Origin: a virus
Lineage: Duplodnaviria > Caudoviricetes
DNA length: 43,078 nucleotides
Virus record (IMG/VR): IMGVR_UViG_3300032291_000953
Coordinates: 1-43,078 of that record
Direction: 5' to 3' (one strand)
Part shown: positions 19,250 to 28,382 of the stretch, one piece after another
Layout of the letters: each line of letters begins with the position of its first letter
How positions within the stretch are numbered: position 1 is the first letter of the stretch
The notes under the pieces: generated by a model
What the model saw: only the letters and a program-made list of their open reading frames with translations
The model's database searches: none
Told to the model about the DNA's origin: nothing
Position numbers and translations under genes: made by a program

Positions 19250-19464
19250 CTTAATTCCTCTTTAGTTGCTACTTCAATTAACTTCTCTGCGTAATGCACG
19301 ACCTTGCGTAAATCATCAACTCCACCCTTTTGCCTCCAGCGGGTAATGTATTTAACAACATTACCTTCTAGGTACCCAAGGTTATTGGCAACGATATAGT
19401 CCCAAGGTTGAATCGCATTATCTTTGTAATGGCTACCGCCTACCTGACTATCATTGGCTCTCAT
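19246..19464 (-). CDS. DUF3310 (T7 gp1.7/SaV-like) protein
   Basis: QVGGSHY...GNVVKYITRWRQKGGVDDLRK. Confidence 0.85.
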   Translation of the reverse strand: MRANDSQVGGSHYKDNAIQPWDYIVANNLGYLEGNVVKYITRWRQKGGVDDLRKVVHYAEKLIEVATKEELR

Positions 19465-19673
19465 AGACGAGTTACCTTATGTGACGGATGCAACAACCAC
19501 TTCTTGCCCATGTTTTTAATGCACTTCTTAATAGCCTCTTCATTCCTTGCCCGCATTGCCTCAATCTCTGCATCGGACATACGACCATGATAGATAGATT
19601 CGCTTACTGGATGCCAAATCTTAGACTGCCCAATAAACTCACGCTCAAAAGCTTTTAACATTTGATCAAACAT
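19461..19673 (-). CDS. Hypothetical protein
   Basis: RBS GGAGA and ATGA coupling. Confidence 0.55.
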   Translation of the reverse strand: MFDQMLKAFEREFIGQSKIWHPVSESIYHGRMSDAEIEAMRARNEEAIKKCIKNMGKKWLLHPSHKVTRL

Positions 19674-19682
19674 TTTTCTCTC

Positions 19683-19886
19683 CTATATCTTTTTCTTGAT
19701 ACTGCCATCATCGTTTAAAAAAATAAGACCATCATCCGTTTCTACTGAAATTTCTGGATGACAATTGCATTCCTTACCCTTGTTAAACTTGCACCAACTA
19801 TCATGGGCGACTTGTGGCATTAATAGTCCACCCTGAAGATTTCCCTTTTCTAATGCCAGCATGATTGTTGCCATGTAATTGCTCAT
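19683..19886 (-). CDS. Small putative Zn-binding protein
   Basis: HDSWC...CNCHP motif. Confidence 0.55.
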   Translation of the reverse strand: MSNYMATIMLALEKGNLQGGLLMPQVAHDSWCKFNKGKECNCHPEISVETDDGLIFLNDDGSIKKKI

Positions 19887-20046
19887 ACTGTTTCCTCCTC
19901 TAAGATTTTGTCGTATCTTTTTTGTAATTCAACAATTGCATCTTGCAAACAATCTAATTGAATAATTCTGTGCATTGCCTCAAATTCCTCATAGAAATAA
20001 GGTGTTGCCTCTTCAATGTTTTCATCGTAATTAAATGTAAATAAGC

Positions 20047-20922
20047 TCATTGTTTTTCCTTCAAATAGGTTTGGTACTGATCACACCATTCGGCAACCGG
20101 ACAGAAAGACGAGCAACGAGTGCGGTCTCCTTGACGAATCTCCAATTGGTATCCTTTTCCAGCTTTTTCTAAAGCTATTTCGGCAGCCTCTAGTTCTTCA
20201 TGAACTGACTTTGCTCGTGATGCACCTTCTTTTTTTACTGCATACATTGTGGGCTTTTCCCACATTTGTTCAGGAGTACACAGTGGTAGCTCCTCTCCAG
20301 CCTCAGCCGCAAATAAAGCTCCCGAATGTATATGTATAAGGTTGCGGATGAATGATTCTCTTTCTTCCATAGGCCACAAGTTGATGCTAATTACAGCAAC
20401 TGGTGCCTCTGGGTATCCTTGACGGGTCTGTGCATCTCTACGGTTCCAGTCACGAATGATGGCTACGATGTCTAACTTAACTACAGGAGCCTCTTTAACA
20501 CGCTCTACAAGCCACGCATAGATGTTTAACTGTTGCTCCCACTCTATCTTCTCGTTCATTACAGACCATGCTCCTACGGTCTTGTAATCGCTGATCTCAA
20601 TGCCATCCTCTACAACCTTTTGAAGATCAATAGCGCCCGACAAATGCCAGCCATCAATCTCGGTATGAAGGCGTTGCTCTACGATATGATTGGCGTCTTT
20701 GCCCTGCTCTAATACGGAGTGAATAGCGGTGCCAAAGATAGACCACATCATCTCAGATACATCGGTCGTGATCTGTTCGTCATATTTCTTACGCAAAAGC
20801 ACAATGCGTGGGCTATTAATCAACTCGGTAGCTGATAGATGCGCTTTACCTTTGCTATAGGTAGGGCGATCCAAAACATTCATAAATGTCTGTGGAAGGT
20901 TATATTTATTTGTTAGTATCAT
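20047..20922 (-). CDS. Cas4-like PD-(D/E)XK exonuclease
   Basis: GTAIH, SGAIDL, DYKT, QLNIY and C-terminal RCSSFCPVAEWC. Confidence 0.85.
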   Translation of the reverse strand: MILTNKYNLPQTFMNVLDRPTYSKGKAHLSATELINSPRIVLLRKKYDEQITTDVSEMMWSIFGTAIHSVLEQGKDANHIVEQRLHTEIDGWHLSGAIDLQKVVEDGIEISDYKTVGAWSVMNEKIEWEQQLNIYAWLVERVKEAPVVKLDIVAIIRDWNRRDAQTRQGYPEAPVAVISINLWPMEERESFIRNLIHIHSGALFAAEAGEELPLCTPEQMWEKPTMYAVKKEGASRAKSVHEELEAAEIALEKAGKGYQLEIRQGDRTRCSSFCPVAEWCDQYQTYLKEKQ

Positions 20923-21078
20923 TTGTGTTTATCCAACCAGAACTTCAAATCAATCAATGCAATAATCAAGTCATTGCACTTGTCCCAAGAACCAGCAAAA
21001 TCACGCTGTTGTAATAATTTACTCAACTCTTTTTCACCAGCTTTAAGCTCAAGAATAGTTTCTGAATAGTCAATCATC

Positions 21079-21381
21079 TTATCTTCCATAAGGGACATAG
21101 CCTTGGCGGTTGCCTAGGTTGTCGTAATAGTTAACTGTTCCGCTAGGGCTTGGCATTACATATCCCTGACGATTACCTTGGTTGTCGTAAACACCATTGT
21201 TTGAGTTGTAATTGTTTGGACTATTGTTCCAATTGCTCTCGCTATTTTTCCAGTTGCTAGAACTGTTATTCCAATTGCTCTCGCTATTTTTCCAGTTGTA
21301 GGGACTATTCTCCCAGCTAGTTACTTGAGCGGAGGCTACTCCACCTAGCAACAGCAATGCTGCTAATAAACTCCTCTTCAT
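21079..21381 (-). CDS. Secreted protein with W-x-N-S heptad repeats
   Basis: Sec signal peptide (…VASA-Q) and repeats WENSPYN/WKNSESN/WNNSSSN/WKNSESN/WNNSPNN. Confidence 0.7.
   Translation of the reverse strand: MKRSLLAALLLLGGVASAQVTSWENSPYNWKNSESNWNNSSSNWKNSESNWNNSPNNYNSNNGVYDNQGNRQGYVMPSPSGTVNYYDNLGNRQGYVPYGR
21227..21298. repeat. 30-bp direct repeat, 42-bp period
   Basis: ttccaattgctctcgctatttttccagttg at 21227-21256 and 21269-21298. Confidence 0.9.
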
Positions 21382-21392
21382 GGCTTCTCCTC

Positions 21393-21539
21393 TTATTTAG
21401 TTGCCATCATCCATAAGCCAACATTGGCTCCAGCGTATCCTAGGTAACATATAAACATTGCTACATTACCTTTGACCAACTGTTCTATTGCAATATACAG
21501 GTAAATTAAACCTGTTGCAATGATTAAGTTACCACTCAT
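21393..21539 (-). CDS. Small membrane protein
   Basis: Manual translation MSGNLIIATGLIYLYIAIEQLVKGNVAMFICYLGYAGANVGLWMMATK; two hydrophobic segments. Confidence 0.55.
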   Translation of the reverse strand: MSGNLIIATGLIYLYIAIEQLVKGNVAMFICYLGYAGANVGLWMMATK

Positions 21540-21571
21540 AGGGTATGTCCTAGTATTTGTGTTGTAAAAAG

Positions 21572-22006
21572 CTAAGAAAGCTGTGCAAATTGAAAGCGTT
21601 TTTTAGGAACATTATAAAAATATTCGCCTTCTTTAACATTGCAGTTAGGGTTCTCAACCAAATCACAGTTGGTAATTTGATTGGTATTAATCCACAAGGC
21701 TTTAGTAAAGTTTTTATTAACTACAAAGTAGATTGTTGGCAAGTCGTTATCAAATAGCTTTGCCTTGCGTTCTGGAATATGTACCGTCTCAAATGGAAAC
21801 TCCCATCGAAATGAAGGCCTTACTTCTACTTCTACATAAATCTTATTTTTACCATTTCTAGTACAAATAAGATCTACTTCATACTTCTTATAGTCTTGAG
21901 CATACAAATCCCACTCCTTGCTAAGAAACCGTTTAACAGCTTCTCTACCAGGAGTATCGTACTTGTCGCTAAGCGACTGTTCGTAAGGTTTGTAAGCGCC
22001 AATCAT
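21572..22006 (-). CDS. PD-(D/E)XK-fold nuclease-like protein
   Basis: VDL...YVEVEVR pattern. Confidence 0.55.
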   Translation of the reverse strand: MIGAYKPYEQSLSDKYDTPGREAVKRFLSKEWDLYAQDYKKYEVDLICTRNGKNKIYVEVEVRPSFRWEFPFETVHIPERKAKLFDNDLPTIYFVVNKNFTKALWINTNQITNCDLVENPNCNVKEGEYFYNVPKKRFQFAQLS

Positions 22007-22797
22007 TATGCAGATCTTGGTAACTGTCCACTAAAAGTATAGGTTCCAGTATGACCAAAGCTAGCCCAAGGAGCAGCGTAGACTTTAAAGCCAGCCTGCC
22101 GTGCAATTTTACAAAAATGATAATCTTCTGATAACAGGCGATTAGATTCTTCATCAATGCTTGTTGCAAAGAACTCTTTGATTATTTTAACTTCTCGTAC
22201 TGTGTCTACCGCATGGTACATATCGTTGGTATAACTTGGAACTTTGTCATCAAGAGCCTCAAACACCTTACGCTTAATTAGCATAAAGCCTGTACCACCG
22301 TTGGCAATCTCCATTGGCTCGTTAAGATTACCTGACTTAGTCTGTTCTCCATGAGGAAGGTTAACTACAAACGCCCCTGTATGGTTTTGTAATTGTTGAG
22401 GTGGCACACCACGCTTAACTGCCGCATCTACTTCTACCCAGTTGATTTCTTTCTTAGGGTATAGTCCGCAAATGATATCTACATCTGCATCCACCATGCG
22501 AGGAATGTCGGCAGGATTAAAGTTAATATCGGCATCAATAAACATTAAGTGAGTAGCGTCAGACTTAATAAAATCATATGCCATGCTATTTCTAGCACGA
22601 GTAATTAAAGACTCGTTCATCATAAAGCTGTAGTACATCTGTATATTGTTTTGCCCAAACACGCCTACGCACTGCATAACTGCAGAGGCATACATACCTG
22701 TACACATACCACCATACATCGGGGTAGCTACAAATAATGATGCTTTTGGTTTTTGTTGGACAAATGGTGCAATTTTTTTATCGTTTTTAAAACTCAT
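22006..22797 (-). CDS. GT-A fold glycosyltransferase-like protein
   Basis: VATPMYGG, ESLITRARN, FIDAD (DxD), GTGFMLI and LSEDY motifs. Confidence 0.75.
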   Translation of the reverse strand: MSFKNDKKIAPFVQQKPKASLFVATPMYGGMCTGMYASAVMQCVGVFGQNNIQMYYSFMMNESLITRARNSMAYDFIKSDATHLMFIDADINFNPADIPRMVDADVDIICGLYPKKEINWVEVDAAVKRGVPPQQLQNHTGAFVVNLPHGEQTKSGNLNEPMEIANGGTGFMLIKRKVFEALDDKVPSYTNDMYHAVDTVREVKIIKEFFATSIDEESNRLLSEDYHFCKIARQAGFKVYAAPWASFGHTGTYTFSGQLPRSA

Positions 22798-23058
22798 TTT
22801 GATTCCTTCTTTTGGTCAATATATTGTTTAAGTATACTTAATATGCCAGCCTCAACTAAAACAGCCAGTCCTTCTTTATCAAAATTGACTATGGCATCTG
22901 CTGATCCGTCCTCATATTCTTTAATTACTTCTAACTGGATTTCCATTAGTGTTCCCTGTGATAGTAATGTGTTGGGTTATTTAGCATTGATTGAATGGCT
23001 TGATCTACTGTATGGAACCAAGCTATATGCCAGCCGTCTTGTGTGTAGACCTTAAAGC

Positions 23059-23742
23059 TCACTTCTTTCTCCACGGGAGTTCTTCACCATAAGCTTTTTT
23101 CATAGCTTCGTTGCCTTCTCTAAACATGCCAAGTAATCTTTCGGGCGCTCGGTAATTAACCGTAGCCTCGCCTGTGCATCCGAAGGCAGGCAGAGCTGAT
23201 GCGGCAGCTTTATAGAATGGTCGGTCTGCGCCCCATTGACCGTAGAAATTATGTGCCACGTTAACCAAATAATCACGCCTAAAGCAATAGCAATTAGTAT
23301 CAACAAAGTTGAGTAAATGATCGTAAAACGTCGGGTATCTACCGAGTGATTCGCAATCATCATCAAGAACATATTGTCCTCGTTCATCACATATTCTCCT
23401 CAAGCTATAGGCCCACATTAGGTCTTTAGATTTAATTTTCTTAATCATGGTTTCTACATGATTTGGCTCGAACCAATTATCCTCATCCAAAAATAAGATG
23501 TAATCAGCGTTTACCATTAGTGGCATGGCGGCATAGACTCGGTGTCCATACCATCCGTTACCACCTACGTTTTCGGGCAATTCAATAATTTTTAATAAAT
23601 CTTTTGGTATGTATCCTTTTGCCTTTTCAACTCCATCCAATACAACTAAATGTTCAGTAGTCATTGTTTGATCTTTAACGCTTTGGATAGCTTTATATAC
23701 AGTATCTTTCCCAGTAGTTGGGGTGATGACCATTATCCGCAT
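23059..23742 (-). CDS. Glycosyltransferase family 2
   Basis: VITPT...AIQSVKDQT, VVLDG and FLDEDN motifs. Confidence 0.8.
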   Translation of the reverse strand: MRIMVITPTTGKDTVYKAIQSVKDQTMTTEHLVVLDGVEKAKGYIPKDLLKIIELPENVGGNGWYGHRVYAAMPLMVNADYILFLDEDNWFEPNHVETMIKKIKSKDLMWAYSLRRICDERGQYVLDDDCESLGRYPTFYDHLLNFVDTNCYCFRRDYLVNVAHNFYGQWGADRPFYKAAASALPAFGCTGEATVNYRAPERLLGMFREGNEAMKKAYGEELPWRKK

Positions 23743-23889
23743 GTCTTTATCTCCGAGTCACCACTCTTTTGAATGATGCAGTTGCCTTCCCAACGTGGGG
23801 TTTTCTTTTCCACAGGACAATCTTGGGCGGGGCTATCCCCCCAAAAGTAAATAGCTACAATGGCAAGAAGTAGGGCTATTATGATGTTC

Positions 23890-24759
23890 TTATACATTTA
23901 GCTCGGTCACATTCTCACAAGATTTGCAAATACTGCATTTGTTAAACCCATCTGCCTCATTTATTTCAATAAGGTCTAGTAAGGGTTTACCCTGAAAGAT
24001 CTCTTTATAAGTTTGATTTAATAGATTGCCGATAATATGCTTAAGGTTGTAATCCATACAACAAAGCACAACATCGCCATTAGGTAGCAGAACGTTACGA
24101 TCATAGAATGGGGTACTCCTACAGGTTAGTGGAAAGGTATTCATTGGAGTAATGCTGATGGCTTGACCGGCTACTTGTTCAGTATTCAAACTATCCGCCC
24201 GTGTATGTCCTTGCCAACCAGGAAGACGACCAATCATAGACTGAAGCTCTGGATGCACTAGACCTGAGCTATCCATTGTCATAGCACCAACGCCACAGGG
24301 AACATTGGTATGGGACATTACCGCAGCAGCGTACTGCCATTCCTCACTATTCTTCCAGCCTTTCATGTTGCCATTGGCATCAGGAAGGTGAAGCATAATG
24401 ACATCCACTTGGTTAGGATGGTCTTCCAAGACTTTACGGACTCGCTCAGGATCCGTCATTCCATACAAAGTGCTGTATATGGCAATGTTAAATCCCATGT
24501 ATAAAACGGTCTCTAGCATCTCCGTACAGTGTGGGTTAGCCCAAGGCTCAGACATCCCAGAAAAATCAATCCTAGTGCCTTTTGGAAGCTTTGAGAGTAC
24601 AGCAACCAAGTCTCTGGGTTGCATATACTTTTCGCTATCACCGTAACTATCCCGAAGATTCTCTTGCGGGCAAAAGGTACACATCAATGGGCAGCCGATC
24701 ATTGTCGTCAGCTCCATTACTGGGCCTTCAAAATGTTTAATGCCATACTTCTCTTTCAT
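23890..24759 (-). CDS. Radical SAM protein with SPASM/twitch domain
   Basis: CPLMCTFC (CxxxCxxC); C-terminal C...NGDVVLCCMD...IGNL...CSICKSC. Confidence 0.85.
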   Translation of the reverse strand: MKEKYGIKHFEGPVMELTTMIGCPLMCTFCPQENLRDSYGDSEKYMQPRDLVAVLSKLPKGTRIDFSGMSEPWANPHCTEMLETVLYMGFNIAIYSTLYGMTDPERVRKVLEDHPNQVDVIMLHLPDANGNMKGWKNSEEWQYAAAVMSHTNVPCGVGAMTMDSSGLVHPELQSMIGRLPGWQGHTRADSLNTEQVAGQAISITPMNTFPLTCRSTPFYDRNVLLPNGDVVLCCMDYNLKHIIGNLLNQTYKEIFQGKPLLDLIEINEADGFNKCSICKSCENVTELNV

Positions 24760-25478
24760 TTGTACATATCCTTTGGTAAGGGGCGGTCTGGTTTATCCAA
24801 GACATTTGGCATGTCTAATGGGTGTGGAAACTCTGTGCAAAATCCTGTAGCTGGCGAGCGATCTTTGCGTAAAAAGGTCAGCTCAAAGACGGTAGGCATT
24901 AGCAATCCATTAACATCAATGAATTGACAGTTATTGTTTGGATGGTTATGAACTACATGAAAGTCTTGTAATAATTTTTCAAAGAAAGTTTGAGCTACAC
25001 CCCAAGCAAGAGGGTTGTTAAACCAGTTCTGTACATCGTGTATTTCAATAGCCATCATTCTAAAATTACACAACACTTCGGATGGTGTACTTAGTATCGT
25101 TACGTATTCTGCGCCCTCAATATCCATCTGAAGAATCAAGTCATCACCAGAATAGGCATTACTCAATACCCAATCCGATAGGGTCATATAACCCTCTGTA
25201 TTGACTCCGTCTAAATACTTTTTAGTAAATGATGCTACCTCTAATTCGTTTGGTGGCCCATCTACTGATGCATCTGCAAGGTGAGACTTAATACCACGCT
25301 CAAGAAGATCTTTCTCAAAGCTGGCAGTCACATCTACGCCAGGCGAGAAACAGGCTGCAATGTCCTCTAAATCGTTTGGAATGAGATATCCGCCATCGTT
25401 ATTTCCGCCAATACGTACCAGCTCAAAGTTTGTTTTAACTGGATAAAGGGACACCAGCAGATCGTTTAGTTGATTCAT
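24756..25478 (-). CDS. FkbM-like SAM-dependent methyltransferase
   Basis: RIGGNNDGGY, SPGV...SFEKD, LQMDIEGAE and IEIH motifs. Confidence 0.75.
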   Translation of the reverse strand: MNQLNDLLVSLYPVKTNFELVRIGGNNDGGYLIPNDLEDIAACFSPGVDVTASFEKDLLERGIKSHLADASVDGPPNELEVASFTKKYLDGVNTEGYMTLSDWVLSNAYSGDDLILQMDIEGAEYVTILSTPSEVLCNFRMMAIEIHDVQNWFNNPLAWGVAQTFFEKLLQDFHVVHNHPNNNCQFIDVNGLLMPTVFELTFLRKDRSPATGFCTEFPHPLDMPNVLDKPDRPLPKDMYK

Positions 25479-25548
25479 TTATCTTGATTCTTTCTTATTG
25501 CCAATAAGATTTGTTTTAATAGCTTAAGAACTTCCTCTTCAAATTGTG

Positions 25549-26406
25549 TCATTGGACTATGTTCCTTACAAAATCTAATGCGTTATCAAGACTAGGCTCT
25601 TCCCACAGAAGCGGTTTAGTATACATAGCCTCGTAGAGTTCCTTGCTCTCATCAATAGCCTGAATGGTTGTAACAAACCAATTCATATCTTTGGTGTTCA
25701 TATAGTTTAAATAAGCACCTTCATGGAAATCACAGTCAGCCGACATCGTTCCGCTGTAGATAGGTATAGTACCGCCCGCATATGCGTCTAATAACTTCTC
25801 AGTTACATAGCCATCATAGATAGAGTTCTCAGGGCATAGGCAGAACTTATACTCAGGAAGGATGGAGAACTTAGATTCCCGTAATGAGTTGTTAAACATG
25901 TTGCCAAATCCATGTACGGGTTTATACCTAGATATAGAGTTGTACAAGTTAATGCGTAACCCTTCGGGATTGCCAGCAATCATGGCGCAGAACTTATCTT
26001 TCTTACTAGCATCTAGTACACGTGGCTGAACAAGCGGAGCAATCTCAATCAATGGTTCGTACCCATGATTATGGGCGTTTGCTCTGCGTGGCTTTTGTTC
26101 AAATCCGGGCCATGCTAACCGTGAGTACCATAGAGGTAATCGAAAATTACGTCCACCGTAACTGTCATAGTCAAAAGAAAGAGAATGGTCGTAGCCCATG
26201 TAGCTAGGTCGAATATTCTCTCCAATGTATGCAATAGTTTTTCGCTGATCATATTGAGCATTCCCAAAGACGGAGGTTACGATAAGGTCTGCATCATATG
26301 GGTTATCTGTGTATTCAAACCCACCTAATGCCCGTTGAAAGAAGTACTCAAAGAAGTCTCCATCAAAGCCACCTTCCCAAAAGTTAATGACGCATAACTT
26401 TTTCAT
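25549..26406 (-). CDS. Glycosyltransferase family 10 (alpha-1,3-fucosyltransferase-like)
   Basis: GENIRP and YKFCLCPENSIYDGYVTEKLLDAYAGGTIPIYSG fucosyltransferase motif. Confidence 0.85.
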   Translation of the reverse strand: MKKLCVINFWEGGFDGDFFEYFFQRALGGFEYTDNPYDADLIVTSVFGNAQYDQRKTIAYIGENIRPSYMGYDHSLSFDYDSYGGRNFRLPLWYSRLAWPGFEQKPRRANAHNHGYEPLIEIAPLVQPRVLDASKKDKFCAMIAGNPEGLRINLYNSISRYKPVHGFGNMFNNSLRESKFSILPEYKFCLCPENSIYDGYVTEKLLDAYAGGTIPIYSGTMSADCDFHEGAYLNYMNTKDMNWFVTTIQAIDESKELYEAMYTKPLLWEEPSLDNALDFVRNIVQ

Positions 26407-26678
26407 TTCTTCGCATCCTTGGTTAGCTTATGCTTGGCTATCACTGCCTCTAGCTTACGAATGCATTCTTCTTGCGCACGGTTCTCACTCATCAAGTGCG
26501 CTACTTCTGACTCTATTTCATCGCTGACTCTCGTAAGAGTATCTACTGCGCACCAGCAGGCACCGCTTTCTGCGTTATCTGTAATATTGGTAGCTACTAA
26601 TTCCACTACCATTGCGGCGCTATGTACCTTGTAACCTAGTTCGCTAATCTTGTTAGCTCTCTCCCATATTGCATTCAT
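26403..26678 (-). CDS. Hypothetical coiled-coil protein
   Basis: Likely start MNAIWE after RBS GAGGAG, inside track ORF 26403..26765. Confidence 0.55.
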   Translation of the reverse strand: MNAIWERANKISELGYKVHSAAMVVELVATNITDNAESGACWCAVDTLTRVSDEIESEVAHLMSENRAQEECIRKLEAVIAKHKLTKDAKK

Positions 26679-26903
26679 TTGCTTCTCCTCTTGGTTTAAA
26701 AATGTAGAACAAATCGCCATTGTTCCGTTCGATAATTTTTCTTTGTTTATCTTTGTCGTCCACATAGTCTTTTAAGTAGTAAGTAATACTGTTATCAAGT
26801 TTAAAATATTCTTCTTTGCGCTTATTCATCTCTGCCTTTCATAAACAGAAAGATTGCATAGCAAGCAAGGCATACCAGCGCAGCAACAATTAGTTCAATC
26901 ATA

Positions 26904-27095
26904 TCAATGGGATGTCGGTACGTTTTCAATCTCACGCTCAGCAAGCATGGCATCAGCCAGCTCATAAGCTCTCTTGGCAGCTACTTCATCCCAGCTTTTA
27001 CCGCTGGATAGATCAAACTTCCAGTCACCGGAACACATGCCACTCATAACCTTTGCAGCAAAATAATCACGCAGTCTGCGTTGTCTATCAGTCAT
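26904..27095 (-). CDS. Conserved small phage protein
   Basis: LRDYFAAK...AYELADAMLAER motif; strong RBS; first gene of the leftward operon. Confidence 0.75.
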   Translation of the reverse strand: MTDRQRRLRDYFAAKVMSGMCSGDWKFDLSSGKSWDEVAAKRAYELADAMLAEREIENVPTSH

Positions 27096-27181
27096 TCATT
27101 TCTCCTCTTTTGTTTAGACTATAATCACAGTTATGAATACAGTCAATACATCGTACCCACTTTAATGCAATTTATTTATTA

Positions 27182-27580
27182 GTGATTACCCTAAAGCTAC
27201 CTTACCCTTGTTCCGTTAACTCCTACTGGCTAACATCTGGTAAGAGGCGTTATATATCAAAGCGAGGCATGGCTTTTAAGGCGTCAGCAGCAGAAGCGTG
27301 TAGTGGATTAACTGGATTTGGAGCTGAACCAGTGGAAGTGTCAATCGTGTTGTATCCACGAGACAAAAGGCTTCTGGATATTGATAACATTTGTAAATGT
27401 ATTCTAGATTCGTTGCAAGGATACCTCTATGATGACGACCAACAGGTCTGGAAACTGACCGTTGAGCGGGCTGAAAAGATTAAGGGCGGTGGCTGTGATG
27501 TAACCATCAAGGAATACAGCAAGCATGGTTCTACTCTAACTGACCGCATGGCCAGTCTTATACAAGACTTAACCGATTAG
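27182..27580 (+). CDS. rusA: RusA-family Holliday junction resolvase
   Basis: LPYPCSVNSYW, DIDNICKCILDSL and DDDQQV motifs. Confidence 0.88.
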   Translation: MITLKLPYPCSVNSYWLTSGKRRYISKRGMAFKASAAEACSGLTGFGAEPVEVSIVLYPRDKRLLDIDNICKCILDSLQGYLYDDDQQVWKLTVERAEKIKGGGCDVTIKEYSKHGSTLTDRMASLIQDLTD

Positions 27581-28101
27581 GTGCGCTCTGCACTTTCATG
27601 CGGCATGAAGGCATGATGTCCTATTTTTGCATGACTTTTTATATAAATTTCATGCACTTACAAGCGTTTTTAAAATGGGTCGCCTATTATTAACATTGTG
27701 TATGTTAATCGTAAAAAAGTATGTTAGAAAAAGTTTCCCGAACGGGAATAATGTAAGAAAAAGTAGCATATATTACACAAAAATTCCCGAACGGGGCATT
27801 TTGTAAGTTTTAGTAAAGGATTCTTTAATAAGGCTTTAAGCTATTTAAAGACTCTTTAATAAGTCATTAAGCTGTCTACAACAAAGTAAATACAAAGCCA
27901 ATAACAAAGTAAATGTCTACAACTCTGTTGTTATGTATACTTTTTGACAATAAATGTACATATAGGCATCAATATGTATAAGCAATAGACATAACTTTAC
28001 AATCAGTTGGCAAAACTTTACAAAAGTGCATGAATTTTCAATAAATGATGCGTCTCATTCTTATTTAAAAGGTTCCGTTTGGGAACCTAGGGTAAACCCT
28101 T
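27554..28101. repeat. Array of heterogeneous paired direct/inverted motifs
   Basis: TTCCCGAACGGG x2, TCTTTAATAAG x2, AACAAAGTAAAT x2, TGTCTACAAC x2, ATGTAYA x3, AACTTTACAA x2 and TGCATGA inverted repeats; no ORF of 60 aa or more. Confidence 0.8.
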
Positions 28102-28114
28102 ATAACTATTAATA

Positions 28115-28130
28115 CTGTATGGATGTACAG
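28115..28130. promoter_or_regulatory. LexA (SOS) box
   Basis: CTGTATGGATGTACAG = CTGT-N8-ACAG, preceded by TA. Confidence 0.7.
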
Positions 28131-28160
28131 TTAGTATTACTTTTCCTCGGTAGGGTGTTT

Positions 28161-28195
28161 GGGGGTGGCATCACGGAGCCACTCCCATTTTTTTT
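28161..28195 (+). terminator. Rho-independent terminator
   Basis: GGGGGTGGC/GCCACTCCC stem followed by a T8 tract. Confidence 0.75.
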
Positions 28196-28228
28196 GCATC
28201 TGGTAAATTTACCACATAGGTGTATAAT

Positions 28229-28243
28229 TGTTGCAATGCAACA
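28229..28243. promoter_or_regulatory. Palindromic operator (PhaR-box-like) next to a -10 element
   Basis: TGTTGCA-A-TGCAACA perfect palindrome directly after TATAAT (28223-28228). Confidence 0.5.
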
Positions 28244-28263
28244 TAAACCAATAGGAGATAACC

Positions 28264-28371
28264 ATGTTTGATTTTGATAAGCAAATTAAAGAAGTAACCG
28301 CTCAGGTTAAGAAGTACAACGATATGTGGATTAACTGGACTATTACAGTTCTAGAACAAATCAAGAAGTAA
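28264..28371 (+). CDS. 35-aa amphipathic peptide (mini-phasin-like?)
   Basis: MFDFDKQIKEVTAQVKKYNDMWINWTITVLEQIKK with its own -10, RBS AGGAGA and a downstream hairpin. Confidence 0.6.
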   Translation: MFDFDKQIKEVTAQVKKYNDMWINWTITVLEQIKK

Positions 28372-28382
28372 TGGCGTAAGCC

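Noticed and set aside
20047-20922. Cas4-like gene as evidence of a CRISPR-Cas system
   Set aside because: Solo Cas4-like nucleases near ERF and SSB are ordinary phage recombination genes; no other cas genes or array.
26095-26110. tRNA T-loop-like GTTCAAATCC
   Set aside because: Inside the GT10 CDS and no cloverleaf can be formed.
27127-27142. Possible fourth SOS box
   Set aside because: Reads ACAG-N8-ACAG and lacks the CTGT half-site.
27580-28100. Possible CRISPR array
   Set aside because: No constant repeat with regular unique spacers; the repeats are short and heterogeneous.
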